A DNA stretch of 23,084 bases from Myxococcota bacterium (GTDB lineage Bacteria; Myxococcota_A; Polyangia; Polyangiales; Houyiibacteriaceae). Location: assembly GCA_039030515.1 (NCBI GenBank), contig JBCCEA010000051.1:1-23084 (forward strand), given 5' to 3'. A program made the translations under genes and the position numbers. The notes below the pieces were generated by a model, which saw only the letters and a list, made by a program, of their open reading frames with translations, was not told the DNA's origin and did no database searches. How positions within the stretch are numbered: the stretch's first letter is position 1; each line of letters begins with the position of its first letter. Of the stretch, positions 1-8,667 are shown in pieces.

Positions 1-401
1 GGCGTTCGGGCCGACATACGCGTACCCAGGGGGCCTAGGTTGGTCAAAACAGCGAGCGCCCCGGAAGCGCAGGAGTGAAGGCGTACTTCGGGTACGTTGA
101 GCGACGAGCATGGGAGGAAAGCCGCTGTTTGGGCCGACTCACTCACCACCCCCCAGCGGGTCTAGGTTGGCCTAAATAGCGAGCGCCCCGCACGCGCAGG
201 GGTGAAGGCGTACTTCGGGTACGTTGAGCGACGAGCATGGGAGGAAAGCAGGCGTTCGGGCCGACATACGCGTACCCAGCGGGTCTAGGTTGGCCTAAAT
301 AGCGAGCGCCCCGCACGCGCAGGAGTGAAGGCGTACTTCGGGTACGTTGAGCGACGAGCATGGGAGGAAAGCCGCTATTTAGGCCGACATAGGCCCGCTG
401 G
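1..401 (+). repeat. Tandem array of ~125-nt hairpin-forming repeat units (tail of one unit plus 3 full units), REP/MITE-like
   Basis: The core AGCGAGCGCCCC...GAAGGCGTACTTCGGGTACGTTGAGCGACGAGCATGGGAGGAAAGC starts at 51, 178 and 301. Bases 1-29 recur at 251-279. The last unit is closed by an imperfect inverted repeat, 276-304 (CCAGCGGGTCTAGGTTGGCCTAAATAGCG) vs 373-401 (CGCTATTTAGGCCGACATAGGCCCGCTGG). Confidence 0.93.
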
Positions 402-402
402 A

Positions 403-1506
403 TTAGAGGTTTTGAATGCGCCGTCGTGCCTGTCGATGATCCGGGTCGAGTTCGATCACCCTCTCGAACGAGCGAACGGCTTCCTCACGCTGTTGTGAAG
501 CGAGGAGCGCATCGCCGAGCACCATCCAAGCTGCCGGCCACTGAGGGGCGACCTCGACCGCACGGCGCGCCCAGCTCAGCGCGCGTGAAGCACTGCCTTC
601 CTGCAGATGGACTCGAGCCATGCCGACGGCGCCCTCTGGATTTTCGGGCCGGTATCGGAGCGCTCGCACAAAGGATGCTCGGGCCAGTGCAGCGTGGCCG
701 AGGCGTTGGGCGGTGCGGCCGGTCCGAGCCGCATTTTTGGATAGGTTGCGCAGCTCGGACTCGTTGAATTTATCAAAGACCGGATCGTTTCTGCTCGCGC
801 GCAAAAGCCGCTCATCTTCTTCTGCCGCGTCGAGCGCTCCATCTGCAGGCGTTTTGGTTTGGACTGCATTCAACTCGGCTGGCGTGCGCTGAGCCTCCAT
901 AGAAGAACCTGAGACCTCAGATGAAGCCGGCGCTTCCGAGGGCACTGTCATCGGAGTGACCTCGGTCAGCGGAGTGACCCTGAGCGCACTTGCCCGGTTT
1001 GCGCCGAGATCGGCGTAGTAGGGCCCGACGATCGACGAGACCGCGACCACCGCGAGCAGGCCCATGGCGAAACCGAGCATCAGGCTCCCTGCAGAACAAA
1101 GCCAGCGCCAAGAGCGCTTGAATTCTGAAGTCGAGCTGAGGAGTCTCGGCGGTAGTTTGGGAGAGGCGTATTGCGTTTTCGGGGGCTCTGAGGTTGCGCC
1201 TTGAGCTCTCGCCTCCCGCTGAGGCGAAGCTCGCCGCAATGTCGATGTGCTGGCCGAAGGTTTTGTGGAGACTGAACCTGCCGCGCTGAACGAATAGAGC
1301 CCCGAAAACTCAAAGCCTCGAGCCGAAGACGCACTCCCGTACGATCCCATCGCAGCATCGACTCCTGCAGGATGTATCTGCTTGGGACGCGTCACGTTCG
1401 GAACGGTCGGTCTCGAGCGCGCACTGCGAGACGACAAAGCACCAGGGTCAAGCAAGCGATTCAGAGTCGAAGGCAGTCTCGGCCCTCGGTTTTTTGACTC
1501 GAGCAT
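403..1506 (-). CDS. Single-pass membrane protein with Ser/Ala-rich N-terminal region and C-terminal TPR repeats
   Basis: 367-aa ORF with AGGAGG just upstream of the ATG. Hydrophobic helix LMLGFAMGLLAVVAVSSIVG. TPR-like motifs: FVRALRYRPENPEGAVGMA, AVEVAPQWPAAWMVLGDALLA, FERVIELDPDH. Confidence 0.8.
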   Translation of the reverse strand: MLESKNRGPRLPSTLNRLLDPGALSSRSARSRPTVPNVTRPKQIHPAGVDAAMGSYGSASSARGFEFSGLYSFSAAGSVSTKPSASTSTLRRASPQREARAQGATSEPPKTQYASPKLPPRLLSSTSEFKRSWRWLCSAGSLMLGFAMGLLAVVAVSSIVGPYYADLGANRASALRVTPLTEVTPMTVPSEAPASSEVSGSSMEAQRTPAELNAVQTKTPADGALDAAEEDERLLRASRNDPVFDKFNESELRNLSKNAARTGRTAQRLGHAALARASFVRALRYRPENPEGAVGMARVHLQEGSASRALSWARRAVEVAPQWPAAWMVLGDALLASQQREEAVRSFERVIELDPDHRQARRRIQNL

Positions 1507-1512
1507 GTTTGA

Positions 1513-1518
1513 CCTCCT
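1513..1518 (-). promoter_or_regulatory. Shine-Dalgarno (AGGAGG) of the TPR gene
   Basis: CCTCCT on the + strand, 6 nt from the ATG at 1506. Confidence 0.75.
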
Positions 1519-1708
1519 GAGGGATACGGATTTGTTTCGCCGCGTACACAGCGCCCCACATCTTCATGATGAAAAATAAACGCCGTCGCTTCCATTTCGG
1601 TGGATTGCAACGCCCCCTTGAGCCACTGCATCAGACTGGCCGCAAGCATCTTTCGAACGCCGTAGCGCATCTTCCCAATTCCCAAAAACGTGTCACGATC
1701 AGAACGTC

Positions 1709-2152
1709 GTGGCAGGAAACGTCGTCGTCACCGGGCATCTGTGCATGCCTCTTCCGATGTCCAAGGAGGGCGCCATGCTCACGGCGTCCCCGGTGGCGCT
1801 TCCCTTCGTCGCCAGTTCCGCGACAACCCCGCCCATGCTCTGTTCAGGTGATGAGACAGCTGCTCCGGTTTGGATGTTGCCTTACATAGTTGGCTCGTTT
1901 ACGACTCCAGGTATGTTGCGGATGCGGGTGGTGCTCCTGAAAGGCGATCAGCCTTCTCGTGCGATCTCTTTGGGTGGGCGTTCGGTGTTGACCGAGGGAA
2001 CTCCGCTCACCGGAGAGGTTCTCGGGACCGTAATCACTCCAGCGTTGATGGTGCAGGGAACGAGCGTCACGACCGATCCTGCTTTGGCGTATTACTTTCC
2101 TCTCCATCTGTTTCCTTCAACGCAGTCCCCGCCCATCCTTGAGGGCGGCTGA
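1709..2152 (+). CDS. Putative contractile injection system spike-tip protein (Afp10/Pvc10-like, PAAR-like)
   Basis: 147-aa ORF with GTG start. The motif order C-x-GDE ... Y-x4-F-x2-PG ... L-x-GDQ ... GG-x-x-VL-x-x-G ... V-x-x-PA ... D-x4-Y matches my recollection of Afp10/Pvc10-family spike tips, as does the length. Confidence 0.6.
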   Translation: MAGNVVVTGHLCMPLPMSKEGAMLTASPVALPFVASSATTPPMLCSGDETAAPVWMLPYIVGSFTTPGMLRMRVVLLKGDQPSRAISLGGRSVLTEGTPLTGEVLGTVITPALMVQGTSVTTDPALAYYFPLHLFPSTQSPPILEGG

Positions 2153-2160
2153 GTCGACCC

Positions 2161-2724
2161 GTGCGCGCTTCTAGGCGATGGCTGCGGATCGCGTTGGTTC
2201 TGCTTGCGTTTGTGCTCGCACCGGTTTTGGTATCGACATTCGATCTTCAGTCCCACTTTGAGCTGGAGGCGATTCAGTCGACCATTCGAGGGGCAGGATG
2301 GTGGGGGATGCTCGTCTTTGTCCTGATGTTTAGCGTGGGCGAGCTGCTGCATATTCCCGGCATCGTATTCGTTGCGGCATCGATGCTGGTCTACGATCGG
2401 TTTCTCGGCACCCTCATAGCCTACGCTGGAGCGGTAGTGGCCGTGACGGTGAGTTTCTTGGTGGTGCGTACCCTCGGCGGCCAAGTTCTCGGTACCCTCG
2501 AGCAGCCTTGGGTCCGGCGAGCCCTGCTCCGTCTCGACCAACGTCCCATTCGAACTGTCATCCTGCTGCGCATCGTGCTTTGGATGTTGCCGGCACTCAA
2601 TTACGCGCTCGCACTGACCCGGATTCGCCTTTTTCACTACGTTCTAGGTTCCGCGCTGGGGCTGCTGCCGCCGATCGTGCTGATCTCACTCCTGTTCGAC
2701 TGGTTTCTGGAGCGCCTGTCTTGA
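2161..2724 (+). CDS. TVP38/TMEM64 (DedA/VTT superfamily) membrane protein
   Basis: Multiple TM helices. Motifs HIPG, VSFLVVRTLG, ILLRIV...P..LNYALALTRIRLFHYVLGSALGLLP. Confidence 0.85.
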   Translation: MRASRRWLRIALVLLAFVLAPVLVSTFDLQSHFELEAIQSTIRGAGWWGMLVFVLMFSVGELLHIPGIVFVAASMLVYDRFLGTLIAYAGAVVAVTVSFLVVRTLGGQVLGTLEQPWVRRALLRLDQRPIRTVILLRIVLWMLPALNYALALTRIRLFHYVLGSALGLLPPIVLISLLFDWFLERLS

Positions 2725-3476
2725 TCTTGAATTCACCCCTGCTTCGCGAGTTTGTGCACGGTTTCTCTACCCGAGCGGGAGGCGTGAGCGAGGGCCCGTT
2801 TCACGCGCTGAACCTCGGGCGCAGTTTGGGCGACCGTCCATCTGCCGTTACGGAAAACCGCAGGAGGTTTGCCGAGGCCGCCCGCTACGATGCGAACGCC
2901 CTAGTGGAAGCCCACCAGGTGCACGGGGCCGCGGTTCGGGTGATCGACCCGGGTGAAGATCCGGCCGCCTCCTCTCAGAAGCCGGCTGACGCGCTGATCG
3001 GCCGGGATGGGGTGACGGTTGGGATTCGGGTTGCGGATTGCGTTCCCATCTTGATCGCCGATCCCAAGACGGGGTGGGTTGCCGCGGTTCATGCTGGATG
3101 GCGGGGAATCGTTGCCGGTGTGGTTCAGGAGACCTTCCGGGCACTTTACCGTTTGGGCGCCTCGCCCGCAGACTGCTGCGCCGCAATCGGTCCCCACATC
3201 GAAGCGTGCCACTTTGAAGTGGGTGAAGATGTTGCAAGTCAGATACAGGCGGCTGCCGCGGGAGCGACGGTGGTTTTTGAAGACTCAGGCAGTCTCCGGG
3301 TCTCTCTAGAGGCGGCAGTGCGGGCCCAGATTCTCGATGCGGGGCTTTCTGCCGACCGGATCGACCGAATCGCTGGATGCACTTTTGCTGAGCAGGATCG
3401 CTTCTTTTCTTACCGTCGCGACTCGGGAACGACTGGACGCCACCTGGCGGTGATCCAGTCGAGGGAGGCTTCTTAG
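2721..3476 (+). CDS. pgeF: Peptidoglycan editing factor / purine nucleoside phosphorylase PgeF (YfiH)
   Basis: HGFSTRAGGVS, LNLG, QVHG, ADCVPIL, AAVHAGWRG, IGPHI..C.FEVG, FFSYRR. Start placed at TTG 2721, which overlaps the DedA stop (TTGA) and has GGAG upstream. Confidence 0.92.
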   Translation: MILNSPLLREFVHGFSTRAGGVSEGPFHALNLGRSLGDRPSAVTENRRRFAEAARYDANALVEAHQVHGAAVRVIDPGEDPAASSQKPADALIGRDGVTVGIRVADCVPILIADPKTGWVAAVHAGWRGIVAGVVQETFRALYRLGASPADCCAAIGPHIEACHFEVGEDVASQIQAAAAGATVVFEDSGSLRVSLEAAVRAQILDAGLSADRIDRIAGCTFAEQDRFFSYRRDSGTTGRHLAVIQSREAS

Positions 3477-3535
3477 TTCACGTTTTCCGCCGCTATTTTG
3501 GCGAGAGCGCTGCTCGTGCTAGCCCAAGGCTTCAA

Positions 3536-4378
3536 ATGATGGACCAGCCCGAGCGCACAAAGGCGTCCAAAGACGCTTCGGAAAAGCGAACCATCGGACG
3601 TGGCGTGTTCCGAAATTGCGATGGCTGCGGCGCGACCCTTCGGGCGGAGGAGTTCACCGAGAACTACGAAGTCTGTCCCAAATGCGGCAAGCACTATCGG
3701 CTCGATGGAGACGGCTGGATCGAATTGCTGTTGGACTCCGGCTCCTGGGTCGAACTTGATGAAGGCCTGCGCTCTGCCGATCCTCTTCAGTTTCACGACG
3801 GGCAGAGCTACAGCGCGCGCCTGGAAGCGGCGCAGAGAAAAACAGGTCTGAGCGATGCGGTTGCGGTCGGAAGCGGAGCCATCGAGGGAAGACCGGTCGA
3901 ATTTGGAGTCTTTCAGTTCCGTTTCATGGGGGGATCGATGGGCTCGGTTGTCGGAGAAAAGCTCGCTCGGCTGTTCGAACGAGCCCTCGAGCGCAAGCGG
4001 CCCGCGATCCTTCTCTCGTCTTCGGGTGGGGCGCGGATGCAGGAGGGGGTGCTTTCGCTGATGCAGATGGCCAAAACCGTATCGGCACTCGGGCAGCTTC
4101 GAGAAGCTTCGATCCCGTTTCTCAGCGTTTTGCTGCATCCAACGACTGGAGGCGTCGCTGCCAGCTTTGCCCTCCTCGGAGACGTCAATATTGCGGAGCC
4201 TGAAGCACTCATCGGATTTGCGGGTCCTCGGGTGATCGAGCAAACGATCAAGCAAACGCTGCCGGAGGGATTTCAGAGTTCGGAGTTTCAAATGGAGCAC
4301 GGGCAAATCGACATCATCGCGAGCCGCCACGAACTTCGAGATACGCTCAGTACCTTGCTGTCTCATATGCTCGATTGA
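3536..4378 (+). CDS. accD: Acetyl-CoA carboxylase carboxyltransferase beta subunit
   Basis: Zn finger CDGC...CPKC, FMGGSMGSVVGEK, SGGARMQEG, PTTGGVAASFA, AEPEALIGFAGPRVIEQTI, LPEGFQ. Confidence 0.97.
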   Translation: MMDQPERTKASKDASEKRTIGRGVFRNCDGCGATLRAEEFTENYEVCPKCGKHYRLDGDGWIELLLDSGSWVELDEGLRSADPLQFHDGQSYSARLEAAQRKTGLSDAVAVGSGAIEGRPVEFGVFQFRFMGGSMGSVVGEKLARLFERALERKRPAILLSSSGGARMQEGVLSLMQMAKTVSALGQLREASIPFLSVLLHPTTGGVAASFALLGDVNIAEPEALIGFAGPRVIEQTIKQTLPEGFQSSEFQMEHGQIDIIASRHELRDTLSTLLSHMLD

Positions 4379-4578
4379 TCGCGTCCTGTGTTGATCCCGC
4401 GGCATGGGGGCGAACGGCCCAAGAGCTGAACGAATGATCGCCCCGGGGGCAAATGGAGGATGCCCGCTGCCGACCATTTCAAGAAGCGGCAGCGATCCCG
4501 CGCGCCAGGGTGAGGCCCGTCCGTGTCGGATCGCGGCGGCGCAGCCAAGACCGGCCTTCTTCTACCCATGAGAATCGG

Positions 4579-5877
4579 ATGACGACGATGGAGACAGATG
4601 AATATCGAGAGATGCTCGCTTGGATTTTTCGGCTTGAGTCGAGAGGGGTAAAACTCGGTTTGGATCGCATCGCTTCGGCTGCAGAGCGGCGAGGTCATCC
4701 GGAGCGAGCTCGGCTTTGCGTGCACGTTGCCGGCACGAACGGTAAGGGCAGCGTTTGTGCAATGCTCGAGGCGATGCTGCGGTCGGCGGGGTACCGCACC
4801 GGGCTTTTCACTTCTCCCCACCTGCATCAGTACACAGAGCGCATCCGTCTGGACGGCGTGCCGGTTGCAAGAGATCGATTGCTGCCTGCGGCGCGCACGC
4901 TCCGTCATGCGATGGAGTCGGGGGCACTCCCCCAGCTTAGCTTTTACGAATTCACCACTCTCCTTGGTTTTGAATTATTTTCGCACTCTGAGTGTGAAAT
5001 TGTGATCTACGAAGTGGGTATGGGCGGTTTGCTCGACGCGACCAATCTGGTCGACCCGCTCCTAAGCGTGATCACGCGCATCGGATTCGATCATACCAAG
5101 GCGCTCGGCGCGACTCTGGCTGAGATCGCGGCGCAAAAGGCCGGCATCATCAAGCCAGGTAGACCCGTCGTTGCCGGAATGCGCGACCCTGAAGCATCCA
5201 AGGTAGTCCGTGATCGCGCCCGGGACCTCGAGTGCCCACTGCTTCTGCTCGGGGACGATTTCGAACTAGAGGCGTCTGCTGATCTTGCGGTACGGGTGCA
5301 CTCAGAACGTTACGACTCGCTTCGTTCTGCGCTACGAGGACGCTTTCAACACGACAATATCGCATGTGCGGTGGCGGCAGCTGCGCTCCTGCGCCCGTCC
5401 TTCCCAAGGCTCGACGCTCAGGCGGTCCGGCGTGGTTTGGCAGCGGTTCGCTGGCCGGGCAGGATGGAGGCGATCTCGGCGGCCGGTATCGATACCGAGA
5501 TTTGGATGGACGGCGCACACAATCCTGACGGCTGCCAAGCGCTTGCATCCTTTGTACGTGAGCTCGAGCAAAAACCTACGATCGTGATCTTTGCCGGCAT
5601 GGCAGATAAAGATCTCTCGGCCATGCTTCGGGTTTTGAGTACGGTGACAGAAGATTTCGTCTATCCACCTCTTCCCCTGCGACGCGCAGCCCTGCCTGAC
5701 GATCTCGCAGGTCTGCAGCCGGGACGCGTCGTCTCTAGTGTCGCGGCCGCGCTCGACTTTGCGCGTGCACGTGCGGGTTCGCACGGCCGAATCGTGGTGG
5801 CCGGCTCTCTATTTTTGCTGGCCGAAGCGCGCGCCACCCTGCTCGGCATCGAAACCGATCTCCTCATTCCGATGTAG
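4579..5877 (+). CDS. folC: Dihydrofolate synthase/folylpolyglutamate synthase
   Basis: VHVAGTNGKGS, TSPHL, ERI, EVGMGGLLDATN, DH..ALG..L.EIA.QKAGIIK, WPGR, DGAHN, GSLFL. Start is ATG 4579 or 4588; the ORF-track extension to 4453 is unlikely. Confidence 0.95.
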   Translation: MTTMETDEYREMLAWIFRLESRGVKLGLDRIASAAERRGHPERARLCVHVAGTNGKGSVCAMLEAMLRSAGYRTGLFTSPHLHQYTERIRLDGVPVARDRLLPAARTLRHAMESGALPQLSFYEFTTLLGFELFSHSECEIVIYEVGMGGLLDATNLVDPLLSVITRIGFDHTKALGATLAEIAAQKAGIIKPGRPVVAGMRDPEASKVVRDRARDLECPLLLLGDDFELEASADLAVRVHSERYDSLRSALRGRFQHDNIACAVAAAALLRPSFPRLDAQAVRRGLAAVRWPGRMEAISAAGIDTEIWMDGAHNPDGCQALASFVRELEQKPTIVIFAGMADKDLSAMLRVLSTVTEDFVYPPLPLRRAALPDDLAGLQPGRVVSSVAAALDFARARAGSHGRIVVAGSLFLLAEARATLLGIETDLLIPM

Positions 5878-5968
5878 ACCGGATTGTCAGCGTACTGGCA
5901 GCGAGGCATCGATTTTTTGACGATGTCGGCGCACTGAGTGCCAAATTGGTAAGTGATTTCGGTATGGC

Positions 5969-7627
5969 ATGACCTCTGCTGTGGCTCCGAACGTGGAACT
6001 AGCTGTGGAAGTAACTCCGAGCGGTTTGCCTTCACTTCGCTTTCGTGGCGAGTGGCTGGACGACTCGAAGGACCCCGTTGCCGCTGCGCTTGCGTTTGCC
6101 GACCCGGAGATCGTGGAAGGGGCGAATCGAGTGGTGCTTTTTGGCGCCGGACTTGGCTATCGAATCCTCAGGTTGGAAGAGCTTGGAGTGGATCCGATCA
6201 TCGTCTTCGAGCCCAATCGCGAGGTGGTCTCACTTTGCCGCCAATATGTGCCTCGCGCGCATCAGCGAGCCAGGGTGTTTACCGAGGTCACCCCGTTTCT
6301 CGACTATTTGATCGACGATTATCAGCCGGATCACAGCACGCGGCTTCTTGCGGCTCCCGCGTATCGACGGGCCTATCCTGAATTTTTCGCCAAGGTAGAA
6401 CATACACTTCGAGATGCTCAGGGTTTTGTTTCCATCAAGAAGAAGAGCTTGGAACAACGGTCTCAGGCGATGGTGGAAGCTGCGATGATCAACCTCGGTC
6501 GCGCCGCCGAGGTTCCTGATGCCCTCTCACTCGGTAGACCCCTCGAGGGCAGCGCCGCTTTTATCGTGGCTGCCGGTCCTTCCCTCGACAAGAACGGATC
6601 GCTCCTCTTCGAGGCTTCCAAAAAAGGCGCTATTTTTGCAGTCAATACCTCTGCGCCGGTGGTGAAGCACTACGGGGCAGAGATCGACTGTTTGGTCAGC
6701 ATCGAGGCGATGCGGGCGGCAGACCAGATGCACGGCACGGAGCCTCGCTGCATCGCGCTGGACTTCACCGCGCATCCGGCGAGCTTTGAGGTGCCTTCAG
6801 AAACCAAGATCGCGTTCGCCCAGGATCATCCTGCCTTTGCTCCTCTCGCGACCAAGCTGGGTCTTCGTCGCATGCGCTATGGTGCGAGCGTGGCGACCGC
6901 CGCGGTATCGCTTGCGTGGCATCTCGGCGCGGATCCGATCGTGGTGGTCGGCCAAGATCTCGCGTTCACCGGTGGTCGCGTCTATGCGACGGGCACCGGT
7001 CGAGAGGCAGCCACTGCCACGGTGAACGGCGAAATATTGACCGTAGAATACGGTTTGGACGGCTTTTTCGAAGCCCATGGAGTGAAGCCACCGTCCAAGC
7101 ACCAGCCTCGGCAAACCGTCGCCGCCTGGGGAGGAGGCATGGTCGAGAGTGCGTTCGATCTCTCACTTTTTCGCCGCTGGTTTGAGGGCCTAGCCCACTT
7201 CTCTAAGGACGTTCGTTTCATCAATGCAACTGAGGGGGGCGCCCGTATCGAAGGCTGGGAAGAACATACCTTGCGTGCGGTGATCGACACGCTTTCCCCT
7301 CGTTCGGATGAGCTGATCGCTGCGGCTAAGCGAGCGAAAACGATGTCGGCCGAGGCAGTTGAGTCGCTGCGGCAGGAGACCCGATCGACCGCAAAACTCG
7401 TCGAGCGTGCCGCGAGAAAGTGCCTCAAAGCGCAATCCCGGAGGCAAGAGTCTGCTGCGATGAAGGTCCGTAAACTTGCAGACAATGCGCCGTTTGTAAG
7501 AGCGCATGCGGCAGGGCCTCTGTCTGAGCTTCGTTCAGATGAGTCTTTGGCGCATCGACAGCGCTATCTACGTACTTTTGAAATTATTCGCGATTCTGCC
7601 CGGACGATACGAGAGCTCGCTGAATGA
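5969..7627 (+). CDS. Motility-associated factor (Maf, MAF_flag10/DUF115) family nonulosonate glycosyltransferase
   Basis: N-terminal LFGAGLGY/IIVFEP region. Central IVAAGPSLDKN, SVATAAVSLA..LGADPIVVVGQDLAF and FINATEGGARIEG, all typical of Maf proteins. Confidence 0.88.
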   Translation: MTSAVAPNVELAVEVTPSGLPSLRFRGEWLDDSKDPVAAALAFADPEIVEGANRVVLFGAGLGYRILRLEELGVDPIIVFEPNREVVSLCRQYVPRAHQRARVFTEVTPFLDYLIDDYQPDHSTRLLAAPAYRRAYPEFFAKVEHTLRDAQGFVSIKKKSLEQRSQAMVEAAMINLGRAAEVPDALSLGRPLEGSAAFIVAAGPSLDKNGSLLFEASKKGAIFAVNTSAPVVKHYGAEIDCLVSIEAMRAADQMHGTEPRCIALDFTAHPASFEVPSETKIAFAQDHPAFAPLATKLGLRRMRYGASVATAAVSLAWHLGADPIVVVGQDLAFTGGRVYATGTGREAATATVNGEILTVEYGLDGFFEAHGVKPPSKHQPRQTVAAWGGGMVESAFDLSLFRRWFEGLAHFSKDVRFINATEGGARIEGWEEHTLRAVIDTLSPRSDELIAAAKRAKTMSAEAVESLRQETRSTAKLVERAARKCLKAQSRRQESAAMKVRKLADNAPFVRAHAAGPLSELRSDESLAHRQRYLRTFEIIRDSARTIRELAE

Positions 7628-8667
7628 CTCCGGGCTCCTTCGCCATCCGCGGTCGCTTCATCGGTGACGCGCATCCGCCCTATGTGATTCCTGAGATCGG
7701 AATCAATCACGAGGGCGATATGAATAAAGCGCTTCAAATGATCGATGATGCAAAGGCTGCCGGTGCAGAGTGCGTGAAATTTCAATGCCATATCCTCGAA
7801 GACGAGATGTCCGATGCGGCAAAGAAGGTTGTTCCAGGCAACGCTTCAGAGTCTATCTGGGAGATCATGAGCAGATGCGCTCTGAGTGAATCGCAAGCCA
7901 AGGACCTGAAGGCTTATGCTGAAGACCTCGGTCTGACCTACCTGTGCACCCCATTTTCGCGAGCGGCGGCCGACAGGCTTGAATCGATGGGAGTCGATGC
8001 CTACAAAATTGGTTCTGGTGAGTGCAACAATTACCCGCTCATCGATCACATCGCCTCATTCGGTAAACCGATCATTTTGAGTACCGGAATGAACGATCTT
8101 GCCAGCATCGCCCGCGCGGTCGACGTGCTGGAGAAGCGTTCGGCATCTTACGCGTTGCTGCACTGCACCTCGATGTATCCGACGCCGTACCCCAAAGTGC
8201 GTCTTGGCGCGCTCGACGAGATGCGTCGTCGATTTCCCGGGGTGACCGTGGGGCTTTCCGATCACTCTCTCGGCAACTGGACCTGCTTTGGTGCGATACC
8301 GCTTGGGGCCCGCGTCTTAGAAAAACACTTTACCAGTGATCGAAACTGGCCGGGTCCGGATGTGCCGATATCGATAACGCCCCGTGAGCTGTCGGAGCTG
8401 GTCGAAGGGAGTCGGGCGATCTTCCAGGCGCTTGGCGGCGAGAAAGCTGTGCTGCAAGAGGAAGAGCCGACCATTCGTTTTGCCTACGCCAGCGTGGTGA
8501 CGCTCGGTCAGGTTCGGGCGGGGGAACAGTTCACCAAGCAAAATCTCTGGGTGAAGAGGCCAGGCACCGGTGAGATTCTCGCCGAGCATTTCGAGTCGAT
8601 TCTCGGTCGTCGCGCAGAATGCGACGTGCCTGCGGATGCGCAGTTGAGGTGGGAGCAGATCGTTTGA
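7624..8667 (+). CDS. neuB: N-acetylneuraminate synthase (NeuB/SiaC-like) with C-terminal AFP-like/SAF domain
   Basis: EIGINHEG, EDEMS..AK.V.PGNA..SI.EIM.RCAL, TPFSRAAA, YKIGSGECNNYPL, PIILSTGM, LHCT..YPT, GLSDH, LEKHFT, WVKRPGTG. ATGA overlap with maf. Confidence 0.95.
   Translation: MTPGSFAIRGRFIGDAHPPYVIPEIGINHEGDMNKALQMIDDAKAAGAECVKFQCHILEDEMSDAAKKVVPGNASESIWEIMSRCALSESQAKDLKAYAEDLGLTYLCTPFSRAAADRLESMGVDAYKIGSGECNNYPLIDHIASFGKPIILSTGMNDLASIARAVDVLEKRSASYALLHCTSMYPTPYPKVRLGALDEMRRRFPGVTVGLSDHSLGNWTCFGAIPLGARVLEKHFTSDRNWPGPDVPISITPRELSELVEGSRAIFQALGGEKAVLQEEEPTIRFAYASVVTLGQVRAGEQFTKQNLWVKRPGTGEILAEHFESILGRRAECDVPADAQLRWEQIV

Noticed and set aside
143..361. 72-aa ORF with internal duplication
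   Set aside because: It is only a translation of the repeat array.
1..401. CRISPR array
   Set aside because: The conserved unit is ~100 nt with short, partly repeated linkers rather than 25-40 nt repeats with unique spacers, and there are no cas genes in the window.
3473..4477. 334-aa minus-strand ORF (likewise 8739-9722 and 18840-19493)
   Set aside because: Antisense shadows of better-supported plus-strand genes, common in GC-rich DNA.
4379..4578. THF riboswitch upstream of folC (hairpin CGCTGCCG/CGGCAGCG at 4465-4494)
   Set aside because: I see no THF aptamer consensus, and GC hairpins are expected at this GC content. An Rfam scan would settle it.
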